A DNA stretch of 63,647 nucleotides, the filler included, from Klebsormidium nitens (Eukaryota; Plantae; Klebsormidiophyceae): the NCBI GenBank assembly GCA_000708835.1. It is 10 parts of 10 records of this genome, joined end to end, with 100 filler letters (N's around TTAATTAATTAA, not from the genome) between each part and the next. Parts side by side here need not be neighbours in the genome. Positions count along the whole stretch, not along the records: positions 20,805 to 27,026 come from DF238428.1; positions 27,127 to 32,091 come from DF238164.1; positions 32,192 to 34,636 come from DF238688.1; positions 34,737 to 46,254 come from DF238122.1; 6 more parts are not named here. One strand, 5' to 3'. The notes beneath the pieces are model-generated. The model was not told where the DNA came from. It did not search any database and saw nothing but the letters and a program-made list of their open reading frames with translations. Below, piece by piece: positions 24,828 to 35,191 of the stretch (its first letter is position 1; each line of letters opens with the position of its first letter). A program made the translations under genes and the position numbers.

Positions 24828-25395
24828 TCAACTATCTACATAGCTACGAAAATTCTGAGCGTGACTCTGCCCCGCCTCGGTTACATACGTGACTACGGCT
24901 TGCCAGAAATTTTTCACAGGCCAGTCGAGATTGTACTCATGAATGCAATAACCAAATAATCATTTTGATGCACAATGGGAACTTATGGCAAATCAGCCCT
25001 AAAAAGGGGCCTCAGCTATTCGCGAATAGCTGATTGGGACCACATAGGTGACTGAACCTTGTCAGAATTTTGGACTGCGGGTCGGAACAGTCGTTCAACT
25101 ATGTGTTCATAATCCAGGTGGCTCAACAAACTGGTTATTTCATTGAAAAGCCGCCAGAATCTTTGAATGTTGACCCATCCGAGCCATTGTGCGAGTCTTC
25201 GGTTATATACTCTGTTCCACACTTGAGTTTTGAGTCAGACACCGAATCATACTCGGAATACTAGCTGTACTTTGCCATCCAAAGCGATTCACTCTACCAG
25301 GTCGAAAATTCCACATAGTTCTTGGGCAAGTAGGATAATGCAAAGATAGAGTAAAAAAGAAAAGCTTTACGAGAGCTGGGAGCACCAAGCTATAA

Positions 25396-25920
25396 CTACT
25401 TTATCACGACCAATCCAAACAATCCGAGCTTCTGTCTTTGGGCCAGGTCATCGATGTTGCGCTGACTACCAATAATGAGCACCGAGAAACTTCCATCCAC
25501 CGAGACCTCGACCGGAACCTTCAGGACGTCCTTTGTGATGATGCAGCGTCTGAAGCCCATGACGTTGATTCCGCCCACCCAAGCTTGCGCGTCTTCGTTG
25601 AGGTCCCAAAAGTAAGCAGGCAACTCGATCTGGCCCCTGCAACTGTGGGTGGTTACCTTGAATCGGTGCAGGTTGTCACCCCTTGTCGGGGCTTCAACGA
25701 AGCAGTGTTCTAAACGAGGAATCACAAACGACCCTTCTTCAATGAGATCCTCTTCCAAGTCGTCCTCCATGTTTGAGTCTTCCAGGCGCGTCTCTAGATC
25801 CTTCTCTGACTGTGACTGCAGAACAAAACGTAAGGCATAGGTGCTAGGTTTACAAGCTCGGCGTTGTGTGATATCATCCATTATGGTATATCTATGACAG
25901 TTTCCGAGAAAAAAAGACAT
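25396..25920 (-). CDS. Hypothetical viral-type protein (174 aa)
   Basis: Intronless ORF in a compact co-directional run. Confidence 0.55.
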   Translation of the reverse strand: MSFFLGNCHRYTIMDDITQRRACKPSTYALRFVLQSQSEKDLETRLEDSNMEDDLEEDLIEEGSFVIPRLEHCFVEAPTRGDNLHRFKVTTHSCRGQIELPAYFWDLNEDAQAWVGGINVMGFRRCIITKDVLKVPVEVSVDGSFSVLIIGSQRNIDDLAQRQKLGLFGLVVIK

Positions 25921-26001
25921 TTTAAATCCACGCGATCATGTCAGACGACTCGAGAGGTTGCGTTCTTGTCTGTACGGCTTTGAGTGCATGACATCCCAGC
26001 A

Positions 26002-26448
26002 TTACCAGTAACACTTTGAAGGGTTGCTCAAGGCATCCAGCATCGGAATTTGCGCACAACGGTCTCCATTAAATATGTATCGCGGGCCCCCATCAGCTGT
26101 CGCATGCTCGAGAATCTCACTTTGCTTGTCAACCCTGGCATGCGGGCGCATAGATTTCTTGAGAACATCGCCCCATGTCACGCTCAAGTGGTGAGGATCG
26201 TGGCATCTGTGCGCTCTCACTCCAGCTTTTTCGAGCCCAATGCGCACGACTTTTACAAGATCATGCATACTGTATGGTGGGAGATACCGTTTTAACCCCG
26301 CAATCTCACCCAACCTAAGAATCATGTGAGTACTTTGCTCTTCTTCGTATGCTCGTTTGATCCTTCCTATAGCCTTATCAAGACATTCTGTGTAGAACTC
26401 TTCAAGCTGGTTGGATCTCTTGGCGTGTGTTTTGATTACACTCTGCAT
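26002..26448 (-). CDS. Conserved NCLDV-like hypothetical protein (DUF5759-like, recalled from memory)
   Basis: Pattern Y..CL.K...RI....P.YS.HD.V..V...L..AG......LSVTW resembles a family I recall from Phycodnaviridae/Mimiviridae; needs an HMM check. Confidence 0.5.
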   Translation of the reverse strand: MQSVIKTHAKRSNQLEEFYTECLDKAIGRIKRAYEEEQSTHMILRLGEIAGLKRYLPPYSMHDLVKVVRIGLEKAGVRAHRCHDPHHLSVTWGDVLKKSMRPHARVDKQSEILEHATADGGPRYIFNGDRCAQIPMLDALSNPSKCYW

Positions 26449-26505
26449 GGCGTGAGCTCTAATCTACTTATCGAGGAGATCAAAAACTGGCGTCAAACGA
26501 GCGCC

Positions 26506-26883
26506 TCACTCGACATTGCGCGAGTATGCTAACGAGCTCTTGAACTTGATATCGATCTCCCTCTCGAACCACCGCTCGCGCGCCGCATCCACGGCTGCCC
26601 TGGCCGCTTTTGCAGCCGCATCGTGAGCATCAAATAGATCTAGATACGTCTGGTACTCCCAGATCAAATCAGACTCCACTGTGAGCCACCACCTCCATTC
26701 GAACCCGCCGAGCTTCTGCGCCACGGTGCCCGGTCCAAAGCGGTGCTCGTTGATGGGTGCAAACAGCGTCGTGGAGTAAAAGGAGACGACCTTCTGAGCA
26801 CGCCCCGAGGAGTCGAGCCCCCTAATGTAACGGCACGACTGCGCACCGACTCCCGGCTGCGCGCTGAACTCGCGGCCGCGCAT
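26506..26883 (-). CDS. Hypothetical viral-type protein (125 aa)
   Basis: ATG ORF, head-to-tail with the next gene. Confidence 0.5.
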   Translation of the reverse strand: MRGREFSAQPGVGAQSCRYIRGLDSSGRAQKVVSFYSTTLFAPINEHRFGPGTVAQKLGGFEWRWWLTVESDLIWEYQTYLDLFDAHDAAAKAARAAVDAARERWFEREIDIKFKSSLAYSRNVE

Positions 26884-27603
26884 CGTCCGTTATTATACGC
26901 TATCGACTTATTGAATCACTACACGCCACGTGTCCAGGTTACTGCTTCACCGAGTGACCGTTCGATAAAGACCCACGTGCACCGCGCGCCTGGGAACCGT
27001 CCGATAAGCTTTTTAGACTAAGCTTCNNNNNNNNNNNNNNNNNNNNNNNNNNNNNNNNNNNNNNNNNNNNTTAATTAATTAANNNNNNNNNNNNNNNNNN
27101 NNNNNNNNNNNNNNNNNNNNNNNNNNGTACGTTGCCTCTATGACCGACACTTGGCATCCGAAACCCAGGGCTTTTCGAGCATGGTTAAAAACACGGATGT
27201 TAGCACGATTTCATAGTATAAACTTTTGACAACTCTCTAGATCACCCAGGTACCCAGGTATTTTCTATATATGAGAAGATTCGGAAGGATCTATCTTTTC
27301 TCAGAGATCGACCGATCGACAGTCCTGGGTACCTGGGCGACGCGGTTGTGAGCGCCTCGGACGTTGCCTCTTCGAAAGACACGTGGCAGATACCAAACCT
27401 TTTTGAGCGATGATGTGAATGAATGCTACGCACGCAAGACTCGTGGCAGCCGAGATGGCAGGCTTTTCAAGTTTTCAAGGTTGAAAGTAGCTCGCACCTC
27501 TGACGATGAAACGTTTCGCCAATTGCATAATTGGAGAACTTATCGAGCCAACAATTCGTTACATTTGCTCACTAAGTCTTTGACTTAATCACAAAGTCTT
27601 TGT

Positions 27604-28905
27604 TCAGCCCTCAAATTTGCAGCCACTGTCAGTTATCAGATGCTCTAAGGCCTTAACAAATCTAATACCGTGCTCTTTCTCCACGTTGTGTGCTAGCTCG
27701 TGGGCCACTATCACAAACCACTTCCAGCTGGAGAATGAGTAGGCCATGTTGAAGTAGAGATTTCCAGCCTGATTGAAAGCTGTCACTTCTCCAGCCACCG
27801 ACCAGAAGATGTTGACCTTTGCCGTCGGCACGCCAAACAGCCCCGTCAGCTGGATGATGACGTCCGCGAACTCCTCCAGCCCGAGGCTGCGCAGGTCGGC
27901 GAGGGACTCGTGGGCCTGGGTGTCGGAATAAACCCCGACACCTCCGTGGAGCTCACCGATGCGAGTCAGTGCGGGAATTTCGCAGCAGAACGTGCCGTCG
28001 AAGTTTGGCTCGGTGTGAATCCCTCCGGTGCAAGGCTCGCGTTGCAGCCACTTCGAAGGGTCCAAACACTGGCTCACTATTCTCTGCTGTGCACGTGCTT
28101 CTTCAGCACTAAGCCTCGCCCTCTTCTCCGCTGCACCCAGTTGCTCGCCCCCCCGCGACTTCCTCTTCTGACCTACCACCTCGTGTGGATCGCCCTCCTC
28201 CTGCGGTGCCCCCGCAGACTCTGAGTCTACCTCCCCCAATTTCCATTCTGCCTCGTCCTGCAGCCAGTCTGGTTCCTTCTCTGTATCCGGCTCCGGTAGC
28301 TTCTCCCCCTCCTTCTCCGTCTCTGCGTCGGGCTCCAGCTCCTCCGAAGCCTTCCCAACGGGGGTCTCTATGTTGCGGGTAAGGCTCATGATGAGATTGT
28401 CCACGTTCGCGTTCATCTTCTTCATCACTTCTTTGATGAAGGCAGCGGGGCCGCAGCCTTTCTCGCAGGTGCCGTCTGCATCCACTGGGGAACCATCCCG
28501 ATGCACACCAGCCGCATGCTGGGATGTCCATAGGAAGACTCCCATGTCCACGACGTAAAGTGGATCTCCCTCGCCTTTCTCGATCCGCTCCACCCCGCTT
28601 CCGATATTCCGCGGGTAGGCCTTGAAGAGGACGCGATCCGGCTCAATCGCCAGAGCTTGCTGAGCGACCCGTCGCAGTGCTTCCGCATACTCCCCCCCAG
28701 CCTCGGGGTGGTCGGGAAACCCCAACAAGAGCTTTTCGAACACCGACCTATGGTCTTCGACACTTGGACGCTCCCCCTTCTCGAAGAAGTCGTACAGGTC
28801 CCCGACAGCCACCAGATGCTTCCCCGCCACTGCTGCTTGCTCCGCTTGCAGCCCGCTATCCTGAGACGTCCGCTTTCGTGGACCTGATCGAAGACCGGAT
28901 GGCTC
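27604..28905 (-). CDS. Protein with a C-terminal HExxH zincin-like motif and an acidic linker
   Basis: AFNQAGNLYFNMAY..WFVIVAHELAHN..H..F; intronless. Confidence 0.7.
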   Translation of the reverse strand, partial: EPSGLRSGPRKRTSQDSGLQAEQAAVAGKHLVAVGDLYDFFEKGERPSVEDHRSVFEKLLLGFPDHPEAGGEYAEALRRVAQQALAIEPDRVLFKAYPRNIGSGVERIEKGEGDPLYVVDMGVFLWTSQHAAGVHRDGSPVDADGTCEKGCGPAAFIKEVMKKMNANVDNLIMSLTRNIETPVGKASEELEPDAETEKEGEKLPEPDTEKEPDWLQDEAEWKLGEVDSESAGAPQEEGDPHEVVGQKRKSRGGEQLGAAEKRARLSAEEARAQQRIVSQCLDPSKWLQREPCTGGIHTEPNFDGTFCCEIPALTRIGELHGGVGVYSDTQAHESLADLRSLGLEEFADVIIQLTGLFGVPTAKVNIFWSVAGEVTAFNQAGNLYFNMAYSFSSWKWFVIVAHELAHNVEKEHGIRFVKALEHLITDSGCKFEG

Positions 28906-28931
28906 ATGCCTTCGACCCAAAGCGTGGCACC

Positions 28932-29327
28932 ATGGAAAGCCTCATCCTAGCCGGAGCCGATGATCTCCTAGTAGACGCCCTATATGAGACAGCTCGCCTC
29001 ATGTTCGACGACTCTTTCGATGTCGTGATAGCGAGGGATACGTCGGAAGAGTTGAGGAGGGTAGTACTGATCCCTAAACTGGCCATCAAGTTCGATCTCT
29101 ACGGCTTTTATTTTCACAGGGAAGGTGGCTGCTCGCATGTACGGGATTACTGGGCGCCAAACAAGTACAGAACCTTCGAAGAAGAACATCTCGTCTTCAC
29201 AGACTCTGACATGAATGACATCACCACGGACGATGAAGAGTCCGACGAGGACGATGAACTCTACGAGGGTCAATCCGAACTATGGTCTAGCCCTGTAGCA
29301 GCGGCCCCTCTCGATCTCGACTATTGA
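28932..29327 (+). CDS. Hypothetical protein with acidic C-terminus (131 aa)
   Basis: ATG at 28932 within ORF 28677-29327; divergent from the HExxH gene. Confidence 0.55.
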   Translation: MESLILAGADDLLVDALYETARLMFDDSFDVVIARDTSEELRRVVLIPKLAIKFDLYGFYFHREGGCSHVRDYWAPNKYRTFEEEHLVFTDSDMNDITTDDEESDEDDELYEGQSELWSSPVAAAPLDLDY

Positions 29328-29476
29328 GGGCAGCGAGGCTGATAAAAACAGCGATGTAAGAGTCAGCATTGTAAAGCCACGGTGTGCACGAAACATTAGT
29401 GTGGTGTTTGCGACTGTGCTTCAAGTCGAAAACGTTCATTTGTCGATTCATTTTTCGCATTTGGATACATGAGGAA

Positions 29477-30160
29477 ATGCATTTCATCACGTTCGGTACT
29501 CAAGGAACTTATAATCAATATGCCTACCAATTAGCCCGAAGTGCACTCAAAGCTGGCTTCGACACGGCGATCGTCTATGACGAGTCGAATTTCGACGCGG
29601 CATTCAAGGCCTCCCATCATGAAGTACTGTCGCTGTCCCGTGGCTTCGGGGCATGGTGCTGGAAGAGCTATTGCATACTCAAGCGGCTAGAGGAATTAGC
29701 TGATGGAGAAATCCTGACATATTGCGATTCGCTTTACATTTTCAAGCGGGACATCAGGCCGACCGCACGAGATTGGTTGAAGGACCGGGACCTAGTCTTG
29801 TTCGAAAACAAACCATCCGAGCCGAGCTTCTTGGAAAAGAATTGGGCTAAATATGATGCATTCCATATCCTGGGTGCGGATCCCACGGTGCATGGGGGAA
29901 CATCACAGTGCTGGGCGGGTTTTTTGATGGTGCGTAAGACCGCCGAGACGGTACGCTTCGTAAGAGAGTGGTACAATAGATGTGCTGACGTAAGACTGAT
30001 GAATGACGAACCGAGCATCTTCGGGAAAGAGTTGCCTGGATTTGTCGAAGGGCGTGAAGATCAGGCTTGCGTAAGCATTTTGAGCAAAGTCATGAAAATC
30101 GGGTATCCTTTCTTAAGATTACCCGCGGATCTGCTCTACAACATCAGGATAGGCAGGTGA
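29477..30160 (+). CDS. Glycosyltransferase-like protein of giant-virus type
   Basis: MHFITFG..RGFGAWCWKSYCI..L..GEILTYCDS..QCWAGF..REDQACVS resembles the RG.GYW.WKP / Y.D / R.DQS GT-A-like family common in NCLDV. Confidence 0.72.
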   Translation: MHFITFGTQGTYNQYAYQLARSALKAGFDTAIVYDESNFDAAFKASHHEVLSLSRGFGAWCWKSYCILKRLEELADGEILTYCDSLYIFKRDIRPTARDWLKDRDLVLFENKPSEPSFLEKNWAKYDAFHILGADPTVHGGTSQCWAGFLMVRKTAETVRFVREWYNRCADVRLMNDEPSIFGKELPGFVEGREDQACVSILSKVMKIGYPFLRLPADLLYNIRIGR

Positions 30161-31564
30161 AGGCCCCGTCGCAAATGCCCACTTATAGCCAGCTGCCCGT
30201 ATGCTCGTGTCACGTAACGCTTTGCGTAAACTACTCCCAGTTTTCAGGCCGTTGTTGCGTGCAGCTTCTTCCACGGATGTATATGTACCACTTATTTGAC
30301 CCGTTTCGGCGTCTATCCTGTGTACCCGTCGCGTCCTGTCTTTATTCTGAGCCTGTTCAGCTGTCGTCGCGAATCGCAAGTTCTCTACGCGGTTGTCCGC
30401 CGGCTGCCTATTGATGTGATCGACACTCGTGTGCTGGTCACTCGGAGGACATCCGAGGAATGTGTACGCCACCAGCCCGTGCACCGGTACATTTTTACTA
30501 CTTGCGAATACATTCATGTAGGAATTGTTACGCACTCCATACGAGCGCCTGCCAGTCGCACTCTGCACGCGGCCCAACGTACTGACAAAAATGCTCCTAA
30601 AAGTAGTCCCCTTGTATACGGCTGGCTTCCAGATCTCTCCGTCCAAGGTAGCCTGTTCTCTGAGGTAGTTTGGATCTATCTGAAAGTGAAAGCCACTCTG
30701 CACCCCTCCACCGCTTTTCATGAATCTCCGAAGTTTGCTCACCCCCAATTTAGTGGCGCTGGCAGCTTCCACAATGCTCGGGTAGACTGAAGTGTACCCC
30801 GTGGAGACGGTTTCTATCATCACGGGGATAGACGTGTGTGTCGTCCAACCTTTTATAGCATCCGGGTTGTCTGTTGCTGTCTTTGCCACGTGGTCAGTCA
30901 TGCTTAGCTCTTGGAGGTTTTGCCAAGAATCGTCCGGTTCGGTGCCTTCGGGGTGCGGTACGATGTGGTCGCATACCATACCAGCCCCTATCGGACGTCC
31001 CAGCTTGACTTCCAAGTTGAACCTATGCCGTTGATAATAGTGTGTATGACCCACTCCAACCACCCAATACCGATTGTGACGACAGCCTTTGAGGACCTGT
31101 CCTGTCACGGCCGAGAAGACTTGCCCATCGGGTCGGCCGTAAAAATTCGTCATCGTTGGATGCGGCTTCCAGCCTTCAGACAAATCGGGATGAAAGCGTG
31201 CCTGTCTCGGGGGACGTTTTAGAAGCCTTTTTACACGTCTCTCTTCTTTTGAAAGCTCACGTAAATTAGCCCAAGAATCATCAGGCTCCTCGTCACGAGC
31301 ATCTCTATTTTCAACGATCCTGTCGCAGACCATCCCAGGTGCCAGCAGTCGCTCGAGCTTGCATTCTAGCACGAATACCTGCCTCTGGTAAGGAATTCGT
31401 TTCTCCCCATCCTGGATCATCAGTAGCCAGTCAATTGTTTGTTGAGGGGTACCTTTCACAATTGCCCCGAAATCGCCGAATAGATCTTTCCATCCTCGCG
31501 CGAATAGATCTGTTTGAATCTGGGATGAGGCTTCCACCCCTCTGCCTCTGGGGGTGCCTTCCAT
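30119..31564 (-). CDS. Free-standing HNH homing endonuclease with up to three HNH-like repeats and a C-terminal NUMOD1/IENR1-like domain
   Basis: VHGLVAYTFL..VDHINRQPADNRVENLRFAT; MVCDHIV..DDSWQNLQEL; a degenerate copy VCDRIV..DDSWANLREL; TYTSVEEAAR. Confidence 0.9.
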   Translation of the reverse strand: MEGTPRGRGVEASSQIQTDLFARGWKDLFGDFGAIVKGTPQQTIDWLLMIQDGEKRIPYQRQVFVLECKLERLLAPGMVCDRIVENRDARDEEPDDSWANLRELSKEERRVKRLLKRPPRQARFHPDLSEGWKPHPTMTNFYGRPDGQVFSAVTGQVLKGCRHNRYWVVGVGHTHYYQRHRFNLEVKLGRPIGAGMVCDHIVPHPEGTEPDDSWQNLQELSMTDHVAKTATDNPDAIKGWTTHTSIPVMIETVSTGYTSVYPSIVEAASATKLGVSKLRRFMKSGGGVQSGFHFQIDPNYLREQATLDGEIWKPAVYKGTTFRSIFVSTLGRVQSATGRRSYGVRNNSYMNVFASSKNVPVHGLVAYTFLGCPPSDQHTSVDHINRQPADNRVENLRFATTAEQAQNKDRTRRVHRIDAETGQISGTYTSVEEAARNNGLKTGSSLRKALRDTSIRAAGYKWAFATGPSPAYPDVVEQIRG

Positions 31565-31664
31565 TCCCTTACTTCGAACTTGCGCTTACCCAGCATGATG
31601 TACAGACTCGTAAGATGCTTATTCTGAAAAACACGCGTGCCCTATATGGCGATAGGAACTGCTC

Positions 31665-31751
31665 AGCATTTTGAGCAAGGTTGAGAACGTTGGGCAACCA
31701 TTTCTGAGATTCCCTGCGGATCTGCTCTACAACATCAGGATAGGCAGATGA
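31665..31751 (+). repeat. Diverged 87-bp duplicate of the glycosyltransferase 3' end (copy of 30074-30160)
   Basis: Encodes SILSKVENVGQPFLRFPADLLYNIRIGR* versus SILSKVMKIGYPFLRLPADLLYNIRIGR*; about 80% nt identity by eye. Confidence 0.92.
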
Positions 31752-31783
31752 CTCCATGGCGTGGACACTTGTGAAATTACCCC

Positions 31784-32091
31784 TCATGATCCCAACACAT
31801 CCTCGAACACTTCATAGTTTCTCGTATCTTGAGATCCATATGAATGGTACCGCGTGACCAAATCGGGCGCCTTCATGACTGCAAAGACGATCTCCTTAAA
31901 AGCACCTGGGTTGTCTGCGATGACCCTCTTGAATGCTTGCGCGACGTCCCTGGCAGGATTGCGCCACGCTCCGCAACCCAGCGCTCCGAGTACTAAACTG
32001 TCGTGGTCTTCAGAAATACCGACCTGGACAATCAGCCGGAGATCATCACACGACATTACCTGCTGCCTGTTGTCGTACATGGTCAGTTTCA
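31784..32091 (-). CDS. DUF2263/TIGR02452 macro-domain (bacterial-type PARG-like) protein, 5' truncated
   Basis: SLVLGALGCGAWRNPARDVAQAF..FKEIVFAV. Confidence 0.85.
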
Positions 32092-32825
32092 NNNNNNNNN
32101 NNNNNNNNNNNNNNNNNNNNNNNNNNNNNNNNNNNTTAATTAATTAANNNNNNNNNNNNNNNNNNNNNNNNNNNNNNNNNNNNNNNNNNNNTCGTCTCTC
32201 TAGCCCGTATCTCTCTCACCCCGAGTCGATTCTGTTCAGTGCCGCTTCAATAAGAGTGACTTGAACTCTGGACAAAAATGTTGATCTGACTGGCTTTGGG
32301 AACGTCTCGTGGGACCAGGGGGTGTGGCAGCGTAGACGGACAAAGGCAGAGCTGTATACATGTGCTCGGTTTGACAATGACAGGTGTTGAGGAGATTTTA
32401 TCTCTTCATCCCTCAATCAGCCAGGTTGACTGGATCTTGCCATGGACATCTTTGACTCTTTCCCTTTTGTTGCTTTCATCCCGGTTGAACAATAAGTCAG
32501 CAATCTGGGCCTAGTAGCTGACCCCAAACATGATTGACATCAAGTCCAGTTTGTTGACAAGCTCCTAATCTTCTGCAAGTTAGGTACGCGCCTGATTTGG
32601 AACAACGTCAATTACCAGGTGGCAGGTATACAAAGGTAGCATCTAGGCCAAGCACTTCTAATCATGGTGGCGCTCTGCAATCATCCACCTCAATCCCGTC
32701 TGTTTCCTACTCTGGGTTGTAACCTGCAAGTTTGGCACGACCTGAAACTCGTCCCTAGCGAATGCTCTCAAACTCTTCACGAGCAGCTCGTTGAATTCAT
32801 GAGCTCCCGTTTACTCTTCTCTGCA

Positions 32826-34218
32826 GCTGTGACACGTGCAACCTGGCCACTGGCGACCCCCCTGGCGTCTCCCCATCCCCAACCACAGTCGCCCCCACCC
32901 CGACCACTGCCACCTCTCCTACTGCCACTCCTACCGCAACTACCACCAATTCTCCCACGTCCACCCCTACTCCCACCCCCACTGCAACTCCGACCCCTGC
33001 CCCTGGAGCGAATGGATGCGTTGTGGGGGGGGTGTGCAGCGGCACTTGCTCTGCGCCCCTGAACCCTTGCTACAACTTGGGTAAAGTCACTTAGACCGAT
33101 GTCGGCCTGCAATAGCTTTAGGTTTTGCCTTGCCAGGCGCAACTTTTCTCCAAGTAACTTGGTTTCAATGTAGAGTTCTGTTGTGGGGTAGCAAGTAGTG
33201 TCTCTTGACCTGCCCGGGCACCTAGACCCTTGCTTCACTTGTGAATAAAATGGCCTTTTTTGACTGCGATTGGATTCAGCAACGCGTCTCTGAGACACGT
33301 GACAGTAAGGGAACTGCGCAGTTCAGGGGTGCCAGTATTGCAGCAGTGTTGGGGGTTTCACTTCCGGGGAGCCGCTAAAATGAGAATTAGTTGCTAGAAG
33401 CGTAGGACTTTTTGTTCTGTGTCTCTCAAGGCTCTCACTTCTGACATGCAATTGAAGCCAGCCTTTTTGCCAGGCCAACACTCCTTCCGTGCAATGATTG
33501 CCAAGATGAGGCTTCAGCAAAGCAAGTCAAATCTTTTGCTGCAAGGTATTGGAGCAGAGGTTCATGGCATCAAACAAGAGGACCTGGAAACCAGTTCGAA
33601 CTAGAGAAGGGACGTTTCTGACAAATCTAGCTCGTCTGCAGCTGTGTACCCAGCTGACGTGCTGCGTGAGCTCCTGCGACAAGTGCACTCTTGGGGCTGC
33701 TCCAGGAAACGACGTCACTTTCACAGTGCTGCACAACAATGACGTCCACGGGCGTGTCCAGGCTGCGGTGAGTGCAAAATGTTCGTGACAATTAGAGCAT
33801 GTCGGTGTCTGTTCTGACCGCAAATCTTCCTTGTCCTTTGCATCACTGCTGTTTGGTTGCCAGGCAACCATGGCGTCTCAAAAGATGATTTCCAGTCCAA
33901 GGCGCTAGCCAGCAGCGCATTCTATTCGGCGAAATGTATGGCCCAAAGGTTTGCATTACGCAAGCGATATGTACCATCTAGAAGCATCAATTCAGACGAG
34001 GAAAGAGCATTGCTCTGTGAAGCGGGCTTCTATCACCCCTCGTGGTCTTTGATGACAATTTCTGCTCAGCACAAAGTCACTGGTCCTTGCCTCGTTTCAG
34101 CTCCTTCTGCAAATAGCATTTCTTTGGCCTCACAGCTGGGACTCTAACACGTGATCTTCTTCGCAACTGCAGGACAGGGGTTTCATCGAGTGCAGTGCTG
34201 CACGCCAGACATGCACAG
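32826..34218 (+). CDS. Partial extracellular 5'-nucleotidase/apyrase-like gene with Cys-rich segments and a Pro/Thr-rich linker (exons ~32826-33080, 33642-33767, 34173-34218)
   Basis: TFTVLHNNDVHGRV is the first metallophosphoesterase motif; next exon DRGFIECSAARQTC; PTPTPTATPTP linker; GT-AG borders. Confidence 0.62.
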
Positions 34219-35191
34219 GTAATTAAGTCCATCTATAGTGCTTCGAGTCCTGCTAACTCTTCGAAGCTTTCCAGCTCGTAGTGCTCTTATTCCGATGCTT
34301 AAGACAATCGTGCCTTTCACGAATGCTTTTACAAGTGAATAGGTTGTCTCCATTCATGATGATTGGAAGTCTTTGGAAGAAAAGATGGGTTGAAGCTGCG
34401 AAAAGAGACACTCGAAATTGACCTGCCTTCCACCTGCCTTAGCTGGACGCCGTTCATGACCTGGCGTACACACAAGCCCTTCCAGAAATTTAAAAAGCTG
34501 CTTTTACTATCTTGACCCTTCAGACTCGGCCAAAGCTCCCGGTTCTGCGGTCCAGCACTTCTGATGCCCTGCCTCACTAAATACCGAAGCGTCGAGTGAA
34601 AGAGTCTCTCCAGCGACTTTTGTTGTGACGGTTGGANNNNNNNNNNNNNNNNNNNNNNNNNNNNNNNNNNNNNNNNNNNNTTAATTAATTAANNNNNNNN
34701 NNNNNNNNNNNNNNNNNNNNNNNNNNNNNNNNNNNNCGTATATCTACTATCAATTCTCGTTATAGCTGAGAACTAGTAGGTACTGTAAAGTTGTGTGTGA
34801 TTTTCCGAAGTTCGGAACGGCTTTAGTCCTGGGCTTGCTTGCTTCCCTACTCTAGTTGTGGGCGTCGTTCTGTGACCGCGAGCCCGGCGCCCTGAGGCCC
34901 AGGGCCTTCCTTCCTTCCCTAGCTTCACGAATCAAAGCCTTAGGCTTTAGTCTCCAGAGCCTGAGGAGGGACGAAGGGAAGATGGTGGCGGCCATCCCGC
35001 TGGCTCAAGCTTGTCAAGGGGTTCGGATTGTGAAGGCAGAGGTTTAGAACCAAGCAAACGCATCGGAATTGGAAGGTCGGCCTTTCCGGTGACACCGGAC
35101 AAAGCGGAAACAAGTCCATCTTGCGGAGGATTCTTGCGCACTTATTCTGGGGACAACTCTTGATATTCTAACTGCATGCGACTCTTTAAGC

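Noticed and set aside
32777-33298. Gly/Arg- and Val/Gly-rich minus-strand ORFs
   Set aside because: Antisense shadows of the Pro/Thr-rich exon on the + strand.
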